64,000 nucleotides of DNA from Octopus sinensis (taxonomy: Eukaryota): assembly GCF_006345805.1 (NCBI RefSeq), contig NC_042997.1, forward strand, positions 113,646,001-113,710,000. Direction: 5' to 3'. Positions 36,801-47,600 of the stretch are shown here, piece after piece (positions within the stretch are counted from its first letter, which is position 1; each line of letters begins with the position of its first letter). The notes below the pieces were generated by a model. The model was not told where the DNA came from and ran no database searches. It was given only the letters and a program-made list of their open reading frames with translations. A program made the position numbers and the translations under genes.

Positions 36801-37659
36801 CAAAGAGCCAATGGATTTCAATGGTGGGATTGTTTATTTTTAGAATGACATTGTATGGTAGGTATGAGGGGCCAGATCTGGTCACTTTGAACATAAAGCA
36901 GGGAAAACATTTGGACCGGCCAGTTTAAATGCTAAAGGGTCATAATACTACCCTGGATACCTGATTTACTGCTTAATTTGCATGGCTCCCAAAAATTTTG
37001 TGTGCCCCCCCCCCCAGGTTGAAAACCAATGGATGGTGGTATATCTCTGCCTGTAGCATTGTTTTAAATTACTCCTCCCACTTCCTATTTATCTCTGTGT
37101 CTAAAGGGCTTGCTTTTCTCTCCCTCCCTCTCTTCCTATCTCTTGTTCCACTGTAAAACCACTTCACTCCTCTTCCTTCATAATCTCACCCACTAGCTCC
37201 CCCTCCCGCGCATTCTCTAAGCACCCTCCCCTCTCTATACACCCATCCCACCTTATTCTCCCCTCCCCCCGCATCTTTATTTTCCTTCCACAACCTGAAG
37301 ACTAAACAGATACCATCAGCTTCTCTCCCAAAGGACTAATTGACTGTTTCAACAACTCATCTCTTGGAATCACCAATATTTCAAGAAGTCGGGTCTTCGC
37401 CCTATGGAACAAAAAAAAAATCAATGATTTCTTTTATTTTCTTTCTCTTTCTTTCATTTTTTTTTCAAACCATTCCTCCACACCTCCATCCTTTATAACT
37501 TCCATAACAATTAGATTAAAATTAGTGTTTGTTATGGTGGATTTCAGCTAAGTATTGACTTGGAAGGTCAGGAAATTGTAGCTGTTGGCATTTTTACAAC
37601 TTGGGTTTTGGTTGAGGGAAGAGGGAATGGAGAACTTCTATAGCAACTGAACCAGTCAC

Positions 37660-37990
37660 AGATCAGCTTTCTTTCTGTCTATCTTTCTGCCTGTCTATCT
37701 GTCTATCTATCTTTCTGTCTATCTATCTATCTTTCTGTCTATCTATCAATCTGTCTTTATGTCTATCTATTTATCTATTGATCTGTCTGTCTATCTATCA
37801 ATCTGTCTTTCTGTCTGTCTATCTATCCATCCATTTATCTGTCTTTCTGCCTACCTTTCCATTTGTCCATCTGTCAATCCAGCTAGCTAGCTGTCTCTAT
37901 CAATCTATTCTAGCTTTCTGTCTATCTATGTGTTTTTCTCTCTAGCTATCTAGCTCTCTATATATCTTTCTATCTATCTATTTATCTAAA
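37660..37990. repeat. Degenerate (TCTA/TCTG)n tetranucleotide repeat
   Basis: Direct reading. Confidence 0.9.
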
Positions 37991-38427
37991 TGTGTGTGTG
38001 TGCGCATGTATCATAGAAGGGGAAGAGAAGGCTATGTAGCAATGACCTAAAGGTTACAGAAGTCACAAAGGTTACCATAAACATTGGTAACAGAAACTGG
38101 CAACCCTTGTTCGACAGTTCTCAAAACTTTTCCAGATTCTTGTTGTCTTGTTTAACCACAGGTTAAACTGAACGAATTAACCATTGGCATTCCAATCATG
38201 ACCAACTCCTTGTTTATTCATACAATATATTTTGCTCGGATTGCATTATAAAATGTGCCCTTCCTTTTATAATTCTTTCTGCTATAGGCATAAAACCTGA
38301 AGTTTGTGGGGAGGGGGTCTAATCAATTACATTGACCCCAGTGCTGAACAGGTACTTGTTTTATCAACCCTGAAAGGATGAAAGGCAAAGTTGACCTCAG
38401 CAGCATTTGAACTCACAATGTAAACGT

Positions 38428-38780
38428 CATCATCATCATTTAGCATCCATTGTCCATGCTGGCATGGGTTGAATGGCTTGGCCAGGGATGGTAAGCTGAG
38501 GAGAGCTGCACCAGACTCCAGTCTGATTTGGCATGGTTTCTGTGGCTGGGTGCCCTTCCTAATGGCAACCACTCCAAGAGTGTAATGGATGCTATTATGT
38601 GCCAGTTGTGTGACACCAGTATCTGCCACAACTATGATTTCACTTGGCTTGATGGGTCTTCTTTTCATGCATGGCATATTGCCAAAGATCTTGGTCATTG
38701 CCTCCGTGAGGCCTGATGCTTGAAAGTGCTTTTTAGGTGCCAGTTACATGACACCAGCATCAGCCATGACTGGATGAAAT
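38428..38780 (-). mobile_element. Family C (RTE-tail) repeat
   Basis: (CAT)n tail and core. Confidence 0.75.
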
Positions 38781-39811
38781 GCCATTAAGCATTTGCTTGA
38801 CATGCTAACCATTTGGCCAGCTCACCACCTCATTTTATAATGACATCATCATCATCATCATCATCATTATCCAGTGTTTTAAAACTGGGTTTTGTCCTTG
38901 TTAACAGGGGTGGCCGGATCTACCTCAATGCCATAGCAACCGAGGTAGGCAGGTACAGCCCACCCCAACCTTTGGATGGCTGGTGCCCATTCTCCTTTGC
39001 TGTCATGGACATTTTTGGAGCTGGATTCTCTACAGGGAGCATGCCCTTGCTTACCCCCAACCTCAGTTTCTAGGTGATCCCGAGACCAAGGCCTCTACCA
39101 TGATTTTTAAGAAATATGATGGAAAACTAGCTCAGGAAGGCAGGGACGCTAATACCTGAGACCCCTTTCGGAGCCCCCTACCTAATTCTTTTATACTGTC
39201 AGTAGAGTGTTATTTGTGGGAGATTTGATTTCTATTTCTAACAAATTGAGTGACCATTTAGAAGTTTCCTTATTAGCTCACAAAACTGCTTTTTGCTTTT
39301 TTTACTGTCACTGTTTAGCCCTAGGTTAACCCTGACTAAGCAGGGCTATGATGAAAAAGGCAGGGCAACTATGACCACTTCATCCTTTAGACATTGCCTA
39401 ACTAGGACTAAATCATCCAATGTGACCCTCCTTTTTTTCAAGATTGGCTGCTATATCTAGCATGTTCTGCAACCATGTAGAAGCATTGAAACAAGTCTGT
39501 GGCATTACATACATGTATGCACTACGTTATTTCACTGTATTATGACATTACGTGCCTCTAACACGAATAGAAGAGTTTCCTGTAACACTTTCGGATAAAA
39601 TTCATTTGAAAGGCTTTCATAGAACTGAAGAGAATTCGTTAAGAGAATAAACGACTTACAAGGACATGGCTGTTTATTTAATTCTTTTATAAGCCTAGTA
39701 TTTACTTTAAACTTTACTCTTAATTTTATATGCAATTATTTACATAGCAGCACACAATAAATAGTGTGGCCCGTGTTTATTCTTGTTGTTGACAAAATGA
39801 CATCTTCAAGT

Positions 39812-40020
39812 ATGAGGCAGCGATCTGGCTGAACCGTAAGCACATCAAGCAAAATTCTTAGCATTTCGGCTGCCTTTATGTTCTGAGTTCAAATTCTGCC
39901 AAGATTCACTTTGCCTTTCATCTTTTCAAGGTAGATAAAGTAAATACCAGTCAAACACTGGGGGTTGGTGTAATCAACTTATTACCTCCCCCAAAATTGC
40001 TGGCCTTGCACCAAAATTAT
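39812..40020 (+). mobile_element. SINE family B
   Basis: Family B head and core. Confidence 0.8.
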
Positions 40021-40023
40021 TAT

Positions 40024-40148
40024 TACATTATTTATATTTGATGGATATTTGTCTTCATCTTTGTTGTTAACACGTTTCGGCTGATATACCCTCCTGACTT
40101 CATCAGGTGTCTTGGAGAAATTTTGGAACCTGGGTTTTCATTCCTAAG
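40024..40148 (-). mobile_element. Family D 3' segment (HHR remnant plus tail)
   Basis: Direct repeat of 42003-42132. Confidence 0.85.
40069..40111 (-). ncRNA. Degenerate hammerhead ribozyme remnant
   Basis: GACAC CTGATGA A gtcag…CAGCC GAAACGT GTT; stem II disrupted and 3 nt missing at the cleavage site. Confidence 0.4.
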
Positions 40149-40558
40149 ATGTGTAACCCAAGTAATAACAAACATCCTTTTTTTTTAAAACTAAAAAACC
40201 AAATGTTTATCACAGTGTTCAAAAAACTTTAGAAAACTTGTTCATTTAACAGTTTCAAATTTTACGTTATTTTTCCTTTTTTTTTCCAGAAAAATTCAAA
40301 CAATCATTTCTCTCAGTTACAGTCTTTACAAAATTATAATGACTTAACACTTTCTCCTTTCAAGTTGAGGTGTCCTATCTCACTATTTTTCTTTTCATTT
40401 GTGCTTTTCATGTTGTCTTTTTTTTCTGCTCCTATTTTCCTACTGTTTTATGTGTTCTTGTATTTCCATCTCTAAGTCTGTGTGTTCTTGTTTTTGTGTG
40501 TCTGTGTGTTCGTTTGCAACTCTACTTGTTTAGTCTGTGTGTCTATGTCTTTAGGTTT

Positions 40559-41560
40559 CTATAATTCTGGATTGTCTTGTTTCTGGTCTGAATGACTCTG
40601 TACTTCAAATTCCTTTGCTGGTACTTCCACTGGTAAATTTTCTCCATTTCTTGTCGTGGGTTGGGTTTCTTCTTCCATTCCTTTATACTTCTTCAATTCC
40701 ACTATCGTTGGTGACTTTCTTCTCTCTCTTTTCCTGAGTTTTACCTCCACAAAATCCCCATCCTGTTCTGTTTTCTGTTTCTGCTTTTTTTCCACCACTA
40801 TATCTTCCTCAACACTCTCTTCCACCATTTCCACTGCTGCTCTAGGGCATTTCCTTCTCAGGTACCCTCTTTCACCGCATCCGTAACATTTTGGGAGTCT
40901 CCCCTCCAACATTATTTCCAGTTTTTCACCATTTGATAATTCCAAAGTTTCCGCCATTTCATCATAATATTTTGGACTTACTGCACAGATTATTTCAATG
41001 CCATAACCCCATCATTGTAATTGTTGTGTTCTGCTTACTATGCCAATCTTCAGGTTTTCTCTATTCTTCTTCAGCTCAGAATTAAAAGTTGCAGCTATTA
41101 CCCATTCTGGGTCTATCGACGATGGGATTCTTCCCACCCTGATGATTCTTTTGCCCCAACTGTTCGGCATCAACATCCATTTTCCTCCCATTAACATCGT
41201 GTTGCCAGATTTTTTCGCCTCCTCTTCGGAAAGAAAGATTACTACTATAGTTCCATATCTTCTTCCTCTTGTAAAAAACATCTTTTCTCCCATGTTCACC
41301 ATCAACATTTCCTCTATCTCTTCCTGCGGCATGTGTTCTATTCTCTTGTTTTCATTCGAAAATGTTCTGAATATTACTGTCTTGCTTTTCATTTTTCTTT
41401 TTTCCTCCTCTGGCAGGATCATTTTTATGTTTGACCCTTCTTTCTTTACATTCTCACAATATTTAGTTATCTTCTCTTCATTCCACTCTATCATCTCTGG
41501 CTTCAGCTCACATGGGTCTATGGCATCTCGACCTCCAGTAACTTCTGTGTAACTTTTCAT
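40559..41560 (-). pseudogene. gag-like/ORF1 nucleic-acid-binding protein with zinc knuckle, one premature stop
   Basis: ORFs 41012-41680 and 40559-40957 are in the same frame, separated only by TGA plus 18 sense codons (…QQLQ*WGYGIEIICAVSPKYYDEMAET…). About 333 codons from the ATG at 41560; CYGCGERGYLRRKC resembles CX2CX4HX4C with H>Y. Confidence 0.75.
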
Positions 41561-41717
41561 TTTTTCAATTGTTTCCCTACCACCCAATGATGGTGGCTTT
41601 GCACAAAAATTCTGCTTAGTATTCTTCAAAAAACAACAAAATTGTTCAGCTAGAGGTGGCGCTGCCAAATTCCCGTTCAAAATATATAGTTTTCAAAGTG
41701 ACAACTACTCACTGATC

Positions 41718-41997
41718 TATAAATTAGAAAATTACTATTTTTAAATCTCACAACAAGAGATATTCAGCAACAGTTCTTTGGAGTAAAGATTGTTTGCCAA
41801 CATAACATGGCAGTCCTGGTTTAGGACACAGATCGTGTCTTATAGCCAACTGGAGACAATGTCTCCTGGGGCTAAATTACAGCAACATTCATCCTAAACC
41901 AGGACTGCCATGTTATGTTGGCAAACAATCTTTACTACAAAGTACTGTTGCTGAATATCTCTTGTGAGATTTAAAAATAGTAATTTTCTAATTTATA
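41718..41997. repeat. Long inverted repeat (109/106-bp arms, 65-bp spacer)
   Basis: 41718-41826 pairs with 41892-41997 with a few mismatches and one 3-nt indel. Confidence 0.92.
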
Positions 41998-42001
41998 TTT
42001 T

Positions 42002-42329
42002 ATACATTATTTACATTTGACAGATATCTGTCCTCATCTTGTTTGTTGTTAACACACCGTTTCAGCTGATATACCTTCCAGCCTTCATCAGGTGTCTTGG
42101 GGAAATTTCAAACCTGGGTTTTCATTCCTAAGGTATTTTTCGATGTTGTTATTATCATTTAGATCACTGCCTGGAATCAAATTTGGAATCTTGGGGTTAG
42201 TACCCCATGCTCTTAACCACTACACCATATGCCTGTGGGCAATTATGGAGTGAATTTTACAAGAGGAGGACAAATATCCGTCAAATGTAAATAATGTACA
42301 TAATTCCTCATCTCTCAAATATAGAATTG
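42002..42329 (-). mobile_element. Family D element: tRNA-like head, HHR and tail, plus inverted tail copy
   Basis: Minus strand: A-box tggtgtagtgg, decayed B-box, HHR at 42051-42096, tail to 42002; forward-oriented full tail at 42266-42329. Confidence 0.8.
42051..42096 (-). ncRNA. Minimal type-I hammerhead ribozyme (U16.1>G variant)
   Basis: GACAC CTGATGA A GGCTG [10 nt] CAGCT GAA ACGG T GTGTT. Confidence 0.6.
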
Positions 42330-43529
42330 AATTTATATTTTGGTTTCAAATTTTGGTTCAAAGCCAACAATTGAAAGAGTGGTGGAAATAGTTGATTCTG
42401 TTGACCCCCCAGTGTTCAACTGGTACTTATTTTATTGACCCCCAAAAGGATGAAAGGCAAAGTCAACCTCAGTGGAATTAAAATGCATGCTAACGATTCT
42501 GTGTGATTTTGTTAATATTAGCAACCAGCTGCCTATTGTTGGGTCTTCAATCATTTGACATTTGCTACAAATGATTATTTTGATTTGGGCACAAGGCCAA
42601 CAGATTTGGCAGAAAAAGTGGTTACTTAAAGTCATTGACCCCAGCATTTGACTGGTACATTCTTTCTTCTATTAAACCTGAAAAAAATGAAAGACAAAGG
42701 TGACATCAGTGAGTTCTGAACTCAGAACAAATACCACAAGGCATTTTGTCTGATGCTCAACTGATTCTGCCAATGCATGATCCTGATAATAATGTCAACA
42801 AACATTCTGTTCATGCTTTTTTGTTTGTTTCCAATGATGTTGTGTAGATGGCTGCTCTAAAATTCACCATGTGAGGGCTGGGGTATCAGTTTAATCTCCT
42901 TGATGGGAAGCAAGGGGTGGGGTAGGACGAAGGTGTAAGGAATATTGTCTTCATAACAAAATATTTCTCATGGTTATTCATTAAACACACGCACTCTCTT
43001 TCTCCTATTAAAGCTATCATTCATTTTGATTAATTATCAAGTTAACAACCTGCGGAATACCAGCCACTATACCTGCTGTGTTAGGCACATACCATTGTCT
43101 TGAATCACTGAGGCTTGAGTAGAAATTCCATTCACATTTCTTTCTTTTTCTCCTTTTTTTTTAAATATTTGGTATCAGTTATACACCATTTTCATAATAC
43201 ACCTGTCATTTTTTGCTTTTTTTCATAACTGGAAACAATGTGTAACTCCAAAGACATAGTCGTTTGTTTTCTGCACCTTGTATTAGAGATGGTAGGGCAA
43301 ACTGTTGCAAAACGGAAACAATTTCTTAACATTTACAAAATGTACATCGACATCAACACTGCAACACTAAAAGTTGCATATGCATTATTCCATTCTATTT
43401 CGGTTGTTGTTACATTCTTTTCTGAATATCATATTTATGCTGATGATAAGCCTTTTTATAAACAGACATGCAACACCATTGAGCTTTAAAAAATATGAGA
43501 TAAAAATGATTTGTTTATGACTCTCTTGC

Positions 43530-44030
43530 CATCATCATCGCATCCATTTTTTTCTCTATGTTCACCCTTGCATTGAAAGGTTCTTCTTAAACACAACTTC
43601 TTTCCATTTGTTGGGGGATCCATTGTCATCTCCTAAATGTTTAGCCTCCTGAGATCAACTTTCACCACTTGACCTTCATGTCTTCAGTTTTCTTCTTCCA
43701 GTGGATTCTCCCATGTGGATTACACCACTGAACTTCTTTACTCAGTTGCCATTCCATAAAAACATCACATCTCTGCATCAGTGCAATCTTCTCTCTTGCA
43801 CACTACATCTCATACCCCTCTTACAACCAGTTTTTTTTTTTCTTTTCAGTTCTTTTATATTTCATTCTTCAGACATACTAACTTACACACCCAGCAAAAC
43901 ATAGCTTATTTCTTTTTAGCCTTCACACACATTCTGCATTTAATGTCCAGTTTTAGTGACTATGCAGCATTGCACTTCGTACACAAGCATCATACAATCT
44001 GCTCTTCACTCTAAAGAAAGAACCACTGTG
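43530..44030 (-). pseudogene. Old RTE ORF2 C-terminal fragment with (GAT)n end
   Basis: Minus strand RVKSRLYDACVRSAMLHS…CSVQERRLH parallels RVKGRLYDACVRTAMLHGS of the 8564-9142 ORF. Confidence 0.75.
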
Positions 44031-44479
44031 TTACTAACAGCGGTAACAGTATCCTGAGCTTTTTACATTGAGTTGAATTGGGAAGTGGATGTTCTTTGTT
44101 ACTTTAAATCTGTGTGTGTGTATGGTGAATTTTTCAAGACTTGGTTAGAGAGAGACGAAAGAAACAAAAAAAAGGAGGGATCTTTTTCTCTGATAGTTTA
44201 AATTGCATTGTATTTTTGATTAGTTGTCATGTGACCCAACTGTAGAAAGGAGTCTTTTTCTGGGATAGTTGAAATTAATGAGAGTCAGTTTTCTTGGATC
44301 TTATCAAAAATTCCACTACATGCCAGCATGGGGAGTGTAAAAATTTTATATTTGTGTATGTGTATGTATGTCTACCTACCTATCTGTATATCTTTGAACA
44401 TGTGTCTTTGTGTATTTGATGGATGTGTAGTCCCACATATGCCAGCGTGGAAGGCTGACGTTAAACAATGATGATGATG

Positions 44480-45843
44480 TGCAGTATTGGTGTTCATGTA
44501 TGGACAAAGTGCAAATGTATTGAGAGAAAAGTTAGAAATAAGAGGAATCAGATGTAATATGCAAGAAATAAGAGTGCACTGGCTTGGTCATCTGATGCAT
44601 ATCAATGAGAACAATTGCAAAAAGAAGTGCCAAAAGAGGGTTTGAACTTATGGAAAAGAGAGACTCAGGAACACATGAGATGAAGTACTAAAGGCTGATC
44701 TTAAGGTGCTGAGTCTTACAGAGATGACAAAGGACCGAGATGTTCAGTATATTGCTGTACTTGAGAAGACTCACTCATTACAGCAAAAATTATATCTTAA
44801 AGCCACTCAGTTATGCTTGTAAGTGTGAAGTCCTGACACCCTCCTCTCTCTGAATCATCAAGCATCTTCCTCATCATTTTCATTCCCCCCACCCCACCCC
44901 ATCTTTGGTACCATTCAGCTATTGTGCTCACCTGAGAGCAGAATTGGTACATATTACTCCTTCCCTCGTAGTCTCCACCACCACCATCACCCCTGGAACT
45001 ACTTCCTTTCCTTATCATCCCTGCCCTCACTATTTCAACCAATCACCTCCTTTCTGTGCCTTCAGCCACTCCTCTTTCTCCCATCTGCTATACTCCACTC
45101 TAAACACCCTCTCTTATCTGTTATTATTCCCAAACCCTCCTATATCTATCATCATAACCTCCCTCCCTACAATAGTCCCTTATGTATCCCTATATCTACC
45201 TCTCATACACCTTGCACATACTTTCTGTTCTTTTCTCCTTAAGCCACTTCTATATCTCCCACCTTACTCCTCTCCCTACTGGTACTTCCCATCGGCTGCA
45301 GCCAGTACCTTTGTTCCTCACTCACTACATTAACCTCTACCTCCACCCATTTACTTCTCCCACCTCACACCCTTATGAAAGCATCCATTTCTCATCCCCT
45401 TTCATGATCCAAAGTGCATGTCCTCTCCTATGCTCATCTTGTTCCTTAGAGTTTGCTCTAGCATCTCAGCACTAACTTCCTCCGATCTCCTTCAGTCATA
45501 TATCTCCTCTATAATAAGACACCTGTGTTTGCCCCTCTATTGCACTTTAGCCTCTCAACACCTGGCATGTACAGTCACCCACCTTCCCCTTCTCCTCCCA
45601 AATACTCCCTCTGTCTTTCTTGTCTTGCAAGTTACATGGCAACTTCTCAAGTGTTGGTGGCACAAAAAACACACCCAGTACACTCTGTAAAGTGGCTGGC
45701 GCTAGGAAGGGCATCCATCCATAGAAACTATGTCAAAGATGATAATGGAGCCTGATGCGGCCCTGGAGCTCACCAGTTCCCTGTCAAACCATCCTGCCCA
45801 TGCCAGCATAGAAAGCGGACATTAAATGATAATGATGATGATA
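44480..45843 (+). mobile_element. Old RTE 3' end: decayed ORF2 end, ~800-bp CT-rich 3' UTR and family C tail
   Basis: LREKLEIRGIRCNMQEIRVHWLGHLM-like coding remnant runs into a pyrimidine-rich tract and then the common tail with (GAT)n. Confidence 0.7.
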
Positions 45844-46289
45844 GAGAGAGAGAGAGACACACACACACACACACACTATGTATATATATATTTTGGATAT
45901 TGACTTATATAAACTGTTTCTCTTAACATGGTTTAAAGTGGTTTCGTAACTTGAAGATAAACACATTTTTGGAGTGAGGGGAGAGAATTCCTAAATATTT
46001 ATCACTATTAACATCTTAATTTCTTATGCCTGATTTTATTTACATACTTCTACAACCAAATATATTTTCTCAATATGTGTCATGTTATCACCCTAGCCAT
46101 TATACATCAAGACTTAATTCTATTCAATCCATCTTGTTCAAATCCCCTTTCCTCATAGTTCCAACAGCTCTTTTATTTCAATCTGGAAGATAAGATTTCC
46201 CTCTCTCCTGCACAGTCTCTCTTAAGACCTCATCAATACTAAACCAAAGGCATTCCTTACCATTTTCCTTTTGCTATTAATACAGAATG

Positions 46290-46530
46290 GGAAAGCACAT
46301 GGCCTAGTGATTAGGGTGTTGCACTCACAATCTAATGATTATGGGTTCGATTCCCAGTTGGCTCCAGTTTACTCACCTATAAACAGGTAACTCTATGACA
46401 GTTTAGTCTTCCAATCAAGGAAATGTTGGCCTACTCACCTAAAGTGGCATCATTCGAAAGCTAAAATGATGCAAAGCGCATTGTGACCAGTGATGTATAA
46501 CAACATCCAATAGTCTGGTCGATCACATGA
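46290..46530 (+). mobile_element. tRNA-headed SINE (family E/F-like)
   Basis: A-box tggcctagtg and B-box gggttcgattcc. Confidence 0.65.
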
Positions 46531-47169
46531 CTTGTACAATATACAATGGAACATTCTTAGCATGTCTTACATAATGTTTTTTCTGATTTCTTTTTTCCCT
46601 TCTTGAAGATATTACCATCAATTCTTGACACAGCTTGTCTTGTTTCTTAGAGCAGGTATCAATAAATGAAGATAGTGTGCATTTTGTTTTTATTTTCCAA
46701 TTGAACGAATTCCTTCTCTTTGTGCTGGAGTGGAAGGTGAGTGAGTGCAGCGAGTGAGATGGCATGAGGAAGAGGGTTAGTGATGAGCGTTGTCGAATAT
46801 TAAAACTGATGTGTAACAAAAATAGCGATTTCTCTATTTCTCCAACATCTCAAAGTAAAACTGCGGTTAGCTACTCTACTAAATGACTACTGCGTTTTTA
46901 TTGATTTTCATAAAAGCCTCTACTATTCACAGTTGCGTATTTCTTTTCTAACAATACTTTGCAAGAAGCTATTGTGTAACACTTTCAGAGTTACCAATTC
47001 AAAAGACATTTGTTCTTTATTTCTGCAAATATATATCTCTGGTGCTGCCAGAGATGGGTACTTTCACATAGCTCTATTATATATACATATATATACACTT
47101 ATTTAGACAACATATAAACCTCTCAGCTCTTGAGTCATTTCTGTAACGTTAGCAGTTGATTTGATAGAT

Positions 47170-47222
47170 ATATGTGTGTGTATGTTTATGTATGTGTCTG
47201 TGTATTTATGTATATATATATA

Positions 47223-47255
<33 letters not shown>

Positions 47256-47288
47256 ATGTATATATATATATATGTGTGTGTGTGTATG

Positions 47289-47337
<49 letters not shown>

Positions 47338-47340
47338 TTA
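47170..47340. repeat. Compound TG/TATG/TA microsatellite
   Basis: Direct reading. Confidence 0.9.
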
Positions 47341-47359
47341 CGTATGTATATCTGCATAT

Positions 47360-47600
47360 CATCATCATCATTTAACGTCTGCTTTCCATGCTGGCATGGG
47401 TTGGACAGTTTGACTGAGGACTGGCAAGCCCAGAGGCTGCACCAGGCTCCAGTCTGTTCAGGCAAAGTTTCTACAACTGGATGTCCTTCCTAACACCAAC
47501 CACTCCAAGAGTATAGTGGGTGCTTTTTACATGTCACCGACACAGGTGCCAGTCAGGTGGCACTGGCATCAACCACACTCAAATGGTGCTTTTTAAGCTT
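47360..47600 (-). mobile_element. Family C (RTE-tail) repeat
   Basis: (CAT)n tail and core. Confidence 0.8.

Noticed and set aside
39625-39655. CTGAAGAG aattc…gaat AAACGAC hammerhead-like remnant
   Set aside because: GAAA is absent and stem I does not pair.
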